Virus record (IMG/VR): IMGVR_UViG_3300035659_000014
Coordinates: 1-57,339 of that record
Length of the DNA: 57,339 nt
Source of the DNA: a virus
Lineage: Duplodnaviria > Caudoviricetes
Reading direction: 5' to 3' (one strand)
Positions 1 to 8,764 of the stretch are shown here, one piece after another. A program made the translations under genes and the position numbers. Each line of letters starts with the position of its first letter. Within the stretch, counting starts at the first letter, position 1. Under the pieces are notes generated by a model. The model was not told the DNA's origin, ran no database searches, and worked only from the letters and a program-made list of their open reading frames with translations.

Positions 1-963
1 CGGGACCTGTTCGGCCGGCGCCGGCGCGACCGTGCCGGCGCCGTCGCCCTTCCCTTCGGCGCGCCCCTCAAGGGACTCCGACAGGGGTTCCTCCGCCGCC
101 ATCGTCGGCAACTCTGTGCCGCAGCTCTTGCCGCGCTTGGCACCCTTCTTCGATTCGACCACCTCGCCGGTCCCCGTGTTGACCCGCTCGCCGCCGACGA
201 TCGCCACAGGCCCCGACGCCACGGACTTGCCGTTCTTCAGATCCGCCATCGCGAACACGCCGGGCCGAATCTGGTCGACGTCGATGATCTCCTCTTCTTC
301 TTCGCGCGTCCGCAGGCCCATCGTGAGTTCGGGCGCGTGCGTGCGACCGAACCACCCCGCGGCGCGGTACATCAGCATCAGCTCGGGAATCGTCCGCCAC
401 TTCGAGCAGTAGTTGCCGCTTCTATCCTTCCGGTCGTACCAGCCTTCCGCCTTCGCGATCGCCACGGAGGCCCAGGGGCCAATGACCCGGCTCCCCGTGT
501 TCACCTCGGTGGCCCACGCGCGGCAGGCCCAGCTGTCTTGTCCAGGCGTCCCGGCCCACTCGTACTGCAAGGCCGAGAAACGCCGGCAGTCGTTGATGCA
601 CGCGATGACGAACTGGCTGGACCATGCCGGACGACCGTAGACCACGTAGAGGTTCTGCATCACCATCAGGGCCGAGGCCCCGAGCCGCTGCGCCATCTCG
701 AGCGCGATCGCGCAGTTCGGCATGTTGCCCCGGTAGATGTCGGGGATGAGCGTCGATTCCGACAGCATCCGGGCGGCGCGTTGCAGGAGCACGAACGAAC
801 CCGCGTTGGTGAACCCGGCGATCTCTCCGCCGGTCAGCGCCGGTCCCTGGTCGCCCCGCAACCTGTCGAGCGTGGTACTCGCCGGGCCGTCTTTCGGCGG
901 CGCGGGTTCGGTGGCCGGCGGCGGCGCCGACGCGGCGGTGTCGACGGTTTCTGTTTCGGGCAC
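1..963 (-). CDS. RecT-like single-strand annealing protein (5' part; continues at 57339..57256 if the genome is circular)
   Basis: GTG at 963 after AGGAGG; translation has IPDIYRGNMPNCAIALEMAQRLG..MQNLYVVYGRPAWSSQF..KWRTIPELMLMYRAAGWFGRTHAPE, typical of phage RecT-like proteins; open to position 1. Confidence 0.8.
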   Translation of the reverse strand, partial: MPETETVDTAASAPPPATEPAPPKDGPASTTLDRLRGDQGPALTGGEIAGFTNAGSFVLLQRAARMLSESTLIPDIYRGNMPNCAIALEMAQRLGASALMVMQNLYVVYGRPAWSSQFVIACINDCRRFSALQYEWAGTPGQDSWACRAWATEVNTGSRVIGPWASVAIAKAEGWYDRKDRSGNYCSKWRTIPELMLMYRAAGWFGRTHAPELTMGLRTREEEEEIIDVDQIRPGVFAMADLKNGKSVASGPVAIVGGERVNTGTGEVVESKKGAKRGKSCGTELPTMAAEEPLSESLEGRAEGKGDGAGTVAPAPAEQVP

Positions 964-975
964 GGTTACCTCCTG

Positions 976-1635
976 TTAGATGTGCGCCCAACGTTGCCGG
1001 GCGGCAATTCGCCAGGCCGTCGCTGGGTGAATTCCAAAACTCGCACCGAGCGAATACGTTGACTCTCCGAGGCGCGCTCGTTCGCGCAATTCGTGGACTT
1101 GGGCCTCGGTCAACTTGCAGGACCATGAACGTGTTCCGCGCGGAGGGTTCGATCTGAAAGGTCGGCGATTTTCCAGCTGTTCTTTCGGCGTCGCCCACCG
1201 GCAATTTCCGGGCTCGTAATTTCCGTTGCTGTCGATCCGATCGAGGCTCATCCCGCTGGGCCGCTCGCCCATGTCGACCAGGAACGTCTCGAATCGTTCC
1301 CACTGCTCACAAACGGAGATCCCTCGCCCGCCGTAGTACTTAAAGCCCGGCGCGCGTGGATTCTTGCAACGCGACAGCATTGACGCCCACGAGCGATTCG
1401 CCCCGGTGCCGTACTGGCCGTGTCGAGTACTGAGCACCCTCATGGATTCACGACGAAGACAGCCGCACGACCGAAGGTTCCTGAGATTCTTTGCTGAAAG
1501 TGTCTTTTCGATTCCGCAATCACAACGGCAGCGCCACGATGAATGGCCGCCCGCCGCACCGACGCACGCCAGCACGAGCAGCCGTCCAAACCGATGCCCA
1601 ACAAGGTCCAGGATCTTCATTTGCGCCAGCGGCAC
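976..1635 (-). CDS. HNH-type homing endonuclease with C-terminal HTH
   Basis: GHRFGRLLV..WRCRCDCG..SCGC..YGGRGISVCEQW..SLDRIDSNGNYEPGNCRWAT. Confidence 0.85.
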   Translation of the reverse strand: MPLAQMKILDLVGHRFGRLLVLACVGAAGGHSSWRCRCDCGIEKTLSAKNLRNLRSCGCLRRESMRVLSTRHGQYGTGANRSWASMLSRCKNPRAPGFKYYGGRGISVCEQWERFETFLVDMGERPSGMSLDRIDSNGNYEPGNCRWATPKEQLENRRPFRSNPPRGTRSWSCKLTEAQVHELRERARLGESTYSLGASFGIHPATAWRIAARQRWAHI

Positions 1636-2420
1636 ACCTCGAAGACGGGACAGTACTTAGAATGGCAAGTCGTCGAGCGTGGGTTCCCGTAGAAGAGTCC
1701 CTCGTGAATGAGCTTTGAGGCGTATTCGAGGACGCCCGGCGAGTCGGGGGTGCCGACGAGCAGGTCGCGCGCCATCGCGACTTCCCCCGTGCCGACACGC
1801 TGGCCCCTGGCGGTCTTGGCGACCTGCAGGCCGACGATCCGCGCCGGTTCCGTGATGGCGATCCCGGTCGCGTTCTCGGCCAGCAGTTCGTAGACGCCGA
1901 GCTGGGCGGCGGCGCCGGCCGTCTCGACGGTCCCATCGGCCCTGACCGCAGTCTTGCCGCTCTTGAGATCCGCGATGCCGTGTCCGTCGCCGATCTTGCG
2001 GATGCGATCCGTCTTGCCGCTGAGGATCAGCCCCAGGTCGCTGATCTCCAGCCGCTCGCACTTCACCTCGACGGCGACGTAGCCCTGCGTCGGGGCGATC
2101 TCTGTGCAGTAGCGGCCGTGGAGAGCTCGGCCGATGGACTCGGCTTCCTGCTGCCCCATGTCCTCGTCCCAGATCACGTCTTCCTCGGGCTTGTAGATGG
2201 CATCGACGAGCGCGCCGGCGCAATCGTCGGACTTCAGCCCGTCGCCTTTGATGAGTGAGTTGTCGAACACGGCCGTGCTCGCGTGCAGCGCCGTGCCGAG
2301 CTGCGCGTTGCCGCGGCGCGGGCAGCGCAGGTGCTTGATCTGACGCGCTTCGAAGCGGGCCGGGCAGTCGAGGAGATCGCCGATCGACGAGGCCCAGACC
2401 TTGATCGGAGTCCTACTCAT
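1617..2420 (-). CDS. PD-(D/E)XK RecB/Cas4-like exonuclease
   Basis: ASSI..LLDCP, GTALH, GKTDRI..IADLKSG, QLGVY, C-terminal CxxxxCxxxxxC (likely Fe-S cluster). Confidence 0.85.
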   Translation of the reverse strand: MSRTPIKVWASSIGDLLDCPARFEARQIKHLRCPRRGNAQLGTALHASTAVFDNSLIKGDGLKSDDCAGALVDAIYKPEEDVIWDEDMGQQEAESIGRALHGRYCTEIAPTQGYVAVEVKCERLEISDLGLILSGKTDRIRKIGDGHGIADLKSGKTAVRADGTVETAGAAAQLGVYELLAENATGIAITEPARIVGLQVAKTARGQRVGTGEVAMARDLLVGTPDSPGVLEYASKLIHEGLFYGNPRSTTCHSKYCPVFEVCRWRK

Positions 2421-2700
2421 GGGGCGGCTCCTCCTGCCCGTCGACGCCGGCGAGCAAACCGGTCACGTCCCCGACCGGCACGCTGTTGCCGGGTTCGATG
2501 AGTCGCCGCAGTAGGTCGTACATCTTCGGCGCCGCGATGATGAGGCGGGCGTTGGCCGGCGTCGTGCTCTCGCAGATCAGGTGCCCCCCGTAGTACGCGA
2601 CATCGTCCGAACCGCGAGGCCCGCCTTCGATCGGCACATCTGCGACAACGCCGCCGGCCTTGCCGAGGCGCCACGGGCCGGGAGTGAAACGGTCAGCCAT
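2413..2700 (-). CDS. Small phage protein, TPGPW..ANARLIxAAP family
   Basis: ATG after GGAGG; recurrent phage motif; paralog at 5237..5554. Confidence 0.65.
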   Translation of the reverse strand: MADRFTPGPWRLGKAGGVVADVPIEGGPRGSDDVAYYGGHLICESTTPANARLIIAAPKMYDLLRRLIEPGNSVPVGDVTGLLAGVDGQEEPPHE

Positions 2701-3295
2701 GATCCGCCTCCTTCTGCCGCCCCGCGTGTGCCTCCTGTCCCGTATGCCCGCCAGGCGCCCGTCCGCGCACCGACGACGCCTCACGGAGCGGATACGTCGC
2801 GCGCTCGTCGCGCAGGCCGAGGTTGAGGTATTCGCCACCGTGGCCATCGGCCGCGCCATCCCAGACGACGGCAAGATTCATCACGCCCGGTGCGACTTCG
2901 ATCCGGTCGCGCACGCGCAGGACGCGCACGAGCAGGGATTCGTCGCCGTCCTCGACGGGCACACCCAGACGCCGCAGCATCGCGCGCGCGGTGAGCAGAT
3001 AGCCGAGAATATCGGCGTCGCCGGGCCGGCACTCCCGCAGATGATCAAGTACGGCGAGCACCATCAGCGCCCAGCGCCGGATCCGCCGATCGTCGTACTG
3101 CGCGAGCTGCGCCGGGAACGAGACGCGGCCGAGCGGCACCAGGATCACGTCGCCGTCGCCCGTGCACAGGCGCGGCAACGGTGCCGGGCCCTCGAACCCC
3201 AGGAACACACCGAGGTGCCCGAGGTCCGGCTGATCGAGGATCAGCACGAGCCGCGGCGGGTCGTCCTTGACAGGGGAAGTGGCCTGTTGGATCAT
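2693..3295 (-). CDS. Hypothetical protein
   Basis: Protein-like ORF coupled to the next gene. Confidence 0.5.
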   Translation of the reverse strand: MIQQATSPVKDDPPRLVLILDQPDLGHLGVFLGFEGPAPLPRLCTGDGDVILVPLGRVSFPAQLAQYDDRRIRRWALMVLAVLDHLRECRPGDADILGYLLTARAMLRRLGVPVEDGDESLLVRVLRVRDRIEVAPGVMNLAVVWDGAADGHGGEYLNLGLRDERATYPLREASSVRGRAPGGHTGQEAHAGRQKEADHG

Positions 3296-3356
3296 GGGGT
3301 TGCTTCGACTCACTTTCTGGCCGGCGTTCACAGCGCCGGCCGCTTTGTGTACGGCC

Positions 3357-3680
3357 CTACTTCGGCAGCAGTTCGTGTGTGACCTTCTTCTGGTACACGG
3401 TCACCAGCGCGTACTCGGCGACCAATTCCCCGCTGAACGCTTCGTCGGCGTCCTCCGCCGCCAGGAACACGTCCTCATCAGGACCGGCATTGCGGTCCCG
3501 CTGCACGTACATCTGCTCTGGAAAGTCCGGCTTTACCTTCCTCGTCCTTGGCATTCGTTCCTCCTTCTTCGGGGGCTTTGTTCCCATGCAAGTGCAGTCC
3601 TGCGAATCGAACAAGAAACCCGAGTAGCAGCCGCAGCAATGAACATCCAGCGCGACGCCGTACTTGCACACCGGGTCCAT
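3357..3680 (-). CDS. Hypothetical protein (alternative start at 3554 has a strong SD)
   Basis: C-terminal half resembles 51183..51395. Confidence 0.5.
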   Translation of the reverse strand: MDPVCKYGVALDVHCCGCYSGFLFDSQDCTCMGTKPPKKEERMPRTRKVKPDFPEQMYVQRDRNAGPDEDVFLAAEDADEAFSGELVAEYALVTVYQKKVTHELLPK

Positions 3681-3701
3681 GTTTCCCTCACCGAAACCGT
3701 T

Positions 3702-3911
3702 TCAGTCTCGCCGTCTCGTCTCTCGCCACAGCGCCTGCGCCCCGCACTGCGGGCAGATGTTCGGGCCGTAGAGTCGCCCGCCTACCACGGCCACCCGAAA
3801 GAAATCCGGATCGATGTCCGAGCTGAACCCGCAACCGCAGACCCACACGCGATAGGACAGTGCGCGGATCCGATGTTTGCCGGCGATGCGGACACGTTCG
3901 GATGGCAGCAT
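3702..3911 (-). CDS. Small Cys-rich zinc-ribbon protein
   Basis: CGCG..CPQCG; overlaps upstream stop. Confidence 0.45.
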   Translation of the reverse strand: MLPSERVRIAGKHRIRALSYRVWVCGCGFSSDIDPDFFRVAVVGGRLYGPNICPQCGAQALWRETRRRD

Positions 3912-4168
3912 CAGATCCTCGCTGGTGGGTTCTGGAGTTCTTCCAGCGCCGCCTCCAACACCTTGACCGCGTTTGCCACAGCGGTATCTCGCGTCACGCC
4001 GTCACCGATGCAAAGGCCGTCGAAGGCATCGACCTCGGTGCTCAGCCAGACCTCGAACTCGCTGTCGGTGTAGTGGACGGTCAGCAGATGGCCCGTCTTG
4101 AGTTCGACGGTCTGCGCCCGGAGAGCCGCCACTTCGTTGCCGTCCACGATTTCTCGCAAGCCTTTCAT
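3911..4168 (-). CDS. Hypothetical protein
   Basis: GAGGAG SD; operonic. Confidence 0.55.
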   Translation of the reverse strand: MKGLREIVDGNEVAALRAQTVELKTGHLLTVHYTDSEFEVWLSTEVDAFDGLCIGDGVTRDTAVANAVKVLEAALEELQNPPARI

Positions 4169-4366
4169 CTACTCCTCTGTCGCCACGATCGTGACCGGGC
4201 GAGCCACCGTTGACAGCTGCTCGGCCCGGCGCGAGATGACCCGCTGTTCGTGCAAACACCGGGCGTCCGACACCTCGCCGTAGAGTCGGGTGACGATCCG
4301 CACGGCACCGTGGGTGGCGGTGAGAATGCAGGTCGGCGGCATTAGAACGAAATCAGCGCTTGCCAT
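4169..4366 (-). CDS. Hypothetical protein
   Basis: Abuts neighbours on the minus strand. Confidence 0.4.
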   Translation of the reverse strand: MASADFVLMPPTCILTATHGAVRIVTRLYGEVSDARCLHEQRVISRRAEQLSTVARPVTIVATEE

Positions 4367-4583
4367 CTATGCGGCTCTCCTGAAAGACCTCTGCGCCACG
4401 TTCGCCCCGCACGAGGCGCCCGACACGTCCCCCCTGCGTTGGGTCGAATTCCGCAGCCAGCGCGTGCATCTGTCGTGAGTTGATGAGCCCACGTTCGTAC
4501 GCGCGGCATAGTTCGGATGAGATCAGCGCGTTCCATTTGCGCGCTGTGAGACAAAAGAAAACGGTTCTCGATATTCGGCCCAT
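4353..4583 (-). CDS. Hypothetical protein
   Basis: GAGG SD; coupled to upstream stop. Confidence 0.45.
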   Translation of the reverse strand: MGRISRTVFFCLTARKWNALISSELCRAYERGLINSRQMHALAAEFDPTQGGRVGRLVRGERGAEVFQESRIDGKR

Positions 4584-4928
4584 TTACATCCTCCCTCTCA
4601 TCGGCAGCACGTGCGCCGATCGGTCCGACTCGATCTGCGGAACGCGCACTCGGCTCTTTCGCATCGGCGCCGACGACTCCGCGTCACCGTAGTGTTTGTG
4701 CAGGACATGCCGCACATGATCCACCGCGTACTCGTACGCCAGCCGTTGCTGCTGTCGTTCGGTGCGTTTCCGCGGCGCTGAAATGTGATGCCCGCGCACG
4801 ATGACCGGGGCCGGTGTCACCGGCAATCGCAGCAGCCGACCGATCCGCTGCCACCGCGTCTCTGGTTCCGGCGCCGCGAGGATCTGCTCGAAGGCGACGA
4901 CGTCGGCGAGGACGAAGGGCGGCCTCAT
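4584..4928 (-). CDS. Hypothetical protein
   Basis: ATGA overlap with 4925..5137. Confidence 0.4.
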   Translation of the reverse strand: MRPPFVLADVVAFEQILAAPEPETRWQRIGRLLRLPVTPAPVIVRGHHISAPRKRTERQQQRLAYEYAVDHVRHVLHKHYGDAESSAPMRKSRVRVPQIESDRSAHVLPMRGRM

Positions 4929-5137
4929 GCCTGCCCCCGATGCGCCGGCCGCGCGGCGACATCGCTCGCGGACCAGTAGAACGTCTCGGCCGCCAGCCAG
5001 CCGCGCCAAAAGGCTTGCTCCTGATCCGCGAGGCGTGCCATGCGTTGCGCCGCCGCTTCGTCCTGGCGCCCGCGGTCGTACTCGGCACGCAGGGCCTCGA
5101 GCGTGGGGCGCCGACGGAAGCGGAGCCGGAGGTTCAT
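4925..5137 (-). CDS. Hypothetical protein
   Basis: GAGG SD; operonic. Confidence 0.45.
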   Translation of the reverse strand: MNLRLRFRRRPTLEALRAEYDRGRQDEAAAQRMARLADQEQAFWRGWLAAETFYWSASDVAARPAHRGQA

Positions 5138-5236
5138 GCGCCCTCGCCTCGCTCACCCTCATGAATGAACCGGCCCGCGAACACCGACACGAGTACGGAC
5201 GCGATGCCCCAGATGATGAGTAGGGTCCACATGGCG

Positions 5237-5554
5237 CTATTCCTTCCCGTCGATCCGCGCCAGTAGGGCGGTCACTTCCCCGACAGGGACCGAGGAACCG
5301 GGCACAATGAGCTTGTGCAGCAGGTCGCACATCTCCGGGGCGGCGGCAATCAGGCGGGCGTTGGCGTCAGCAAGATCAAAGGCCTCCTCGCTAAACCCTT
5401 TGCCGGCGGTGTCGTATTTGTTTGGGAGATGAACGGTTGCCAAGTTGCCGCCCAGTGGACCTCCATCGAAGGCATCAGCGAAAATCGCGCCCTTGCCTAT
5501 TCCGAGTCCATAATCCATGCGCCACGGTCCCGGTGTGTGTTGAGTTGTCATCAT
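5237..5554 (-). CDS. Small phage protein, HTPGPW..ANARLIAAAP family
   Basis: GAGGTG SD; paralog of 2413..2700. Confidence 0.7.
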   Translation of the reverse strand: MMTTQHTPGPWRMDYGLGIGKGAIFADAFDGGPLGGNLATVHLPNKYDTAGKGFSEEAFDLADANARLIAAAPEMCDLLHKLIVPGSSVPVGEVTALLARIDGKE

Positions 5555-5563
5555 TCACCTCGC

Positions 5564-5818
5564 TTAGCAGGTACAGCCGATCATGTACGCCAACCACCAC
5601 GGGTAGACGCCAAGATCCACAGCCCAGCAGAGTCCGTAGCAGTCAACCGGCCCGCTCGCCACTCGCACCGCAACGGCACCGGCCACGATTGCCAGCGACA
5701 GCGCGTGGCCGAGGCGCCCGAGTGCCGCCACGCCCGTCCATCGCGTGACCAGCCGCGACAACAGCCCGATCAGCGCCGCCGCACCGATCCATAACGTCAG
5801 GATGCCCGCGTAGCACAT
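5564..5818 (-). CDS. Small membrane protein
   Basis: GGAGG SD; 2-3 hydrophobic segments. Confidence 0.45.
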   Translation of the reverse strand: MCYAGILTLWIGAAALIGLLSRLVTRWTGVAALGRLGHALSLAIVAGAVAVRVASGPVDCYGLCWAVDLGVYPWWLAYMIGCTC

Positions 5819-6318
5819 GGTGCCTCCCGCATCGATACCGGTTCCGGTTTCGGCGCGAGCGCCGCCACGCGCAACGCCCGCGCAAGCGTCTCCGTCGTCA
5901 CGATGTCGATTTGGTGTGCGTCGGCTTCCTTCTCCAGCCATGCCCTGTGAAACCGCGCGGGTAGTCGCCGCATCCGTACCGCCGACACACCGCCGCCTTC
6001 GCCGGCCAGTTCGTGCCGCAATCGCCCGTGGTCTTCGCGGCCGTAGAGCCACACGGACGCTTTGCTGATGCTGATGTCCGCGATCCGCAGGGCTTCCTCG
6101 AACTGGCGCTGGAACGACTTGATCTCCTCGGCCGTGACCCCGACCATCGCGCAGCAGACGGGGAGCCCCCGCAGGATCAGCATGACCAGGCCACAGCACA
6201 CCAGGGCCGCGCCGTAGATCGGCCAACGCAAGATGCCGATCTCGGCGCGGGTCGCATGGGCGTACCACACGGCACCAACTCCGAGCGCGAAGATCAGCGA
6301 GGGATTCAAGTTGTGCAT
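5797..6318 (-). CDS. Hypothetical protein with two N-terminal TM segments and a possible HTH (CII-like position)
   Basis: Hydrophobic N-terminus, helical C-terminus, downstream of cro/xis. Confidence 0.45.
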   Translation of the reverse strand: MHNLNPSLIFALGVGAVWYAHATRAEIGILRWPIYGAALVCCGLVMLILRGLPVCCAMVGVTAEEIKSFQRQFEEALRIADISISKASVWLYGREDHGRLRHELAGEGGGVSAVRMRRLPARFHRAWLEKEADAHQIDIVTTETLARALRVAALAPKPEPVSMREAPCATRAS

Positions 6319-6430
6319 GACGCCTCATACACGATCCGTGTCTGGCAACTCGGTGACTGGCTCGTTACCCTTGGACATGCTCAATCGAGTGCCCACCTGC
6401 ACGCCGGCCTCGCAAGGGGTCGGCCCCGCC

Positions 6431-6775
6431 TCAGGCCAATTTCCGATCGTCGTCACTGTGCTTGCGCATCTCGGCGCAATACCCATCCCAACCGAGCCGT
6501 CGCACCGCGAAGACGTGGCCGATCGTCGCCTGGTGCATCGCGCCCGTCGCATCACCATTCGCTGCCGCGATCACCGCCTCGGTCAGACTCTTGGCGTCGT
6601 CGTTGTCCTCGATACAGATCCCGTAGACGTTCTTGAATCGCTTGAACTTCGGATCGGCGTTCGGGTGCGCGTCAAACCACTCGCAACCCGCCTTCACCAT
6701 CCGGCGGCAACAATCCTCGTACCCGCCGCCCAAGCCACTGATCTCGCCCATGTCCGCCGTGAAGTCATATGCCAC
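6431..6775 (-). CDS. Hypothetical protein
   Basis: Protein-like composition with SD. Confidence 0.6.
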   Translation of the reverse strand: MAYDFTADMGEISGLGGGYEDCCRRMVKAGCEWFDAHPNADPKFKRFKNVYGICIEDNDDAKSLTEAVIAAANGDATGAMHQATIGHVFAVRRLGWDGYCAEMRKHSDDDRKLA

Positions 6776-6793
6776 CTCAGTCCTCCGTTCCCC

Positions 6794-7174
6794 CTACGCC
6801 GCGCGCCGGCCCGTGAGGGCAAGCTGTTCAACGGTCAGGTTGCGGCCGTCCCACAATGGCAGGGCCGAGGGGTTGCCGTGGTGAAAGGCCACGTGGCCAG
6901 CATTCGACGAAAACACCGCGAGGTTGCGCGGGTCATTGTTGCGATCGTTCTTGTCGTGGTGATGGACGACGCTGCCGCGTTTCAACGTGAAGTACTGCCC
7001 GACGGCTTTGCGCGCGAGTCGCATTCCGTGACGCCATCGGATCGTGGCGGGGTCGTGGCGAAAGGCGTAGTAGCACTCGGGGGAACAGAAGGTGTGGAAC
7101 ATCGGCCTTCGACCGCCGGTGCATTTCGGCTGATGCCGCCCGCCGCAGTTCGCGCACGTGCGCCACGGTTTCAT
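6794..7174 (-). CDS. HNH endonuclease with N-terminal zinc finger
   Basis: CANCG..FCSPEC; VVHHHDKNDRNNDPRNL..H. Confidence 0.75.
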   Translation of the reverse strand: MKPWRTCANCGGRHQPKCTGGRRPMFHTFCSPECYYAFRHDPATIRWRHGMRLARKAVGQYFTLKRGSVVHHHDKNDRNNDPRNLAVFSSNAGHVAFHHGNPSALPLWDGRNLTVEQLALTGRRAA

Positions 7175-7378
7175 CTACGCCACCTTCGACAACTTCGACT
7201 TCCCGCGCATCGCGCGATCGAGATCGCTCACCAGGAACCGCAGCGCCTTCCCGTACCGGCATCGGGGCACGCCGTGCTTCTTCGCCCACTGGCGGAAGCC
7301 GTGCACGGACCCGGCGCGGACGTAGAACGCGGCTTCGGGTGCGGTCAGGTAGATGCCGGCGAGATCGTCGTGGGTCAT
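7175..7378 (-). CDS. Excisionase-like wHTH protein
   Basis: YLTAPEAAFYV..VPRCRYGKALRFLVSDLD; ATGA overlap with cro; near integrase. Confidence 0.75.
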   Translation of the reverse strand: MTHDDLAGIYLTAPEAAFYVRAGSVHGFRQWAKKHGVPRCRYGKALRFLVSDLDRAMRGKSKLSKVA

Positions 7379-7590
7379 GCCGCGCTCCGTACGAAGAACG
7401 CTTCGAATGGGATGCCCGTCTCCGCGGCAATCCGGAAAGCGAGATCGGGTCGCGGCCGTCGCTGGCCGCTGATGATCATCGAGACCTCGGCCTTGCTGAT
7501 GCGAAGCTTGCGGGCGAAGTCCGCCTGCGCGATGTGGTTCGCGGTCAGGTACGCCCGGAGCGGATGCGATCGTTTCCTTTGGTTCACCAT
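7375..7590 (-). CDS. Cro-like XRE HTH regulator
   Basis: AQADFARKLRISKAEVSMIISGQRRP; divergent from cI-like gene. Confidence 0.85.
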   Translation of the reverse strand: MVNQRKRSHPLRAYLTANHIAQADFARKLRISKAEVSMIISGQRRPRPDLAFRIAAETGIPFEAFFVRSAA

Positions 7591-7746
7591 ACGCGAACGA
7601 GGATACACGGAGAGCGAACGATATGCAAGAGCTCATTGTAAATTCTTCGAAACACCGTTCGCTATTGGATAACCCGTGGCCGGCCAGTGGGTTACGCGAA
7701 TATTTCGCTCTTGCGGCGGGTTCACGACGGGTGAATGATTGACGGA
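7591..7746. promoter_or_regulatory. Divergent lysis/lysogeny switch with promoters and candidate operators
   Basis: Minus strand TTGCAT-17-TATCCT before cro; plus strand TTGCGG-17-AATGAT before cI; GCGAACG at 7593 and 7614, inverted at 7656; GCGAA-TAT-TTCGC palindrome near 7696. Confidence 0.6.
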
Positions 7747-8181
7747 ATGACGTTACGACAAGTGCTCGGCCGGGCGGTCAAGCGGCTGCTAGAGGACCGG
7801 CGGAAAACGCCAACCGCGCTCGCCCGCGCGATGAATCTGCCGAAGTCTCAGATGAGTGAATTTCTGGGCGACACGAAAAATGTCGCCATGCATCGTTTCG
7901 ACGTGAACGTGGTCGCCAGCTTCGTCGATCGATCGGCCGCAGACCTTTTTCTTGAGTGTGCAGCCGTCGCTGGACAACCGGATACGCGGCGCACATCCTA
8001 CATGCTGCCCTCAAGAGAGGATGCTGAGACGATGCGTGAGGTCTGGAGGCGGGTCGATCGTCGGGTGTTGTTTGCGGTAGCTGCTCTCACCCGTCAAGAG
8101 CAACGCACGCTACGATGCGAGGACGGACGGCCGCTACTTAAGGAGGAGCGGGCCCGCGAACCGCGCCGCAAAACAGGATAG
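7747..8181 (+). CDS. CI-like repressor (XRE HTH; alternative start 7735)
   Basis: TPTALARAMNLPKSQMSEFL; divergent from cro, upstream of integrase; no S24 domain seen. Confidence 0.65.
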   Translation: MTLRQVLGRAVKRLLEDRRKTPTALARAMNLPKSQMSEFLGDTKNVAMHRFDVNVVASFVDRSAADLFLECAAVAGQPDTRRTSYMLPSREDAETMREVWRRVDRRVLFAVAALTRQEQRTLRCEDGRPLLKEERAREPRRKTG

Positions 8182-8338
8182 GGGACGTATTCTTCGGTTC
8201 GTGCCCCCCGCCACGAAACTGGTGATCGCGTTCGCACTTTTCGGATCGTAGGCAATTCGGTTTCGCCGGACTCCCCGCTCAGGAGGGTCGGCTTCGGGCG
8301 GCTCGGGGACGCCGGCGATTGGGAAAGGAAGTAGCATC

Positions 8339-8764
8339 ATGTTCTTCGCCTTCGTCGTCGCCGCGGTCCTGGTCGCGTCGCCGCAATCGAAACCGATGGA
8401 GTTCAAGGACGCCCAGATCCAGACACAGAGCGGGGACAAGACCAAGCGAGCCAGCTGCACGCTCCGCTACGAGGACGATCGACTCGTCATCGTGGTTGAC
8501 AAGAAAAAGCCGGAGAGGAACGTCACGCTCCGGTACGCAGACATCACTGCCGGAGAGTACGCCTTCGGCAAGTCGCCGCGCATCGCCGCCGCGTTGCTGC
8601 TCTCTCCGTTCTTCTTGTTTTCCAGTTCGAAAAGCCACTGGCTGACGGTGAAGACGAAGGACGACTTCGCCTTGCTGCGACTCGACAAGAGCAATTTCAA
8701 GCTGGCGATCGCCGAGCTCGAAAAACGCGCGCACATCACGGTCGCCATGCTCGGCGAACGGTGA
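8339..8764 (+). CDS. Exported/membrane protein in immunity cassette (possible superinfection exclusion)
   Basis: Signal-like N-terminus, internal TM segment, between cI and int. Confidence 0.6.
   Translation: MFFAFVVAAVLVASPQSKPMEFKDAQIQTQSGDKTKRASCTLRYEDDRLVIVVDKKKPERNVTLRYADITAGEYAFGKSPRIAAALLLSPFFLFSSSKSHWLTVKTKDDFALLRLDKSNFKLAIAELEKRAHITVAMLGER

Noticed and set aside
1617-2420. CRISPR-associated Cas4
   Set aside because: Stand-alone phage exonuclease in a recombination operon; no array or cas1
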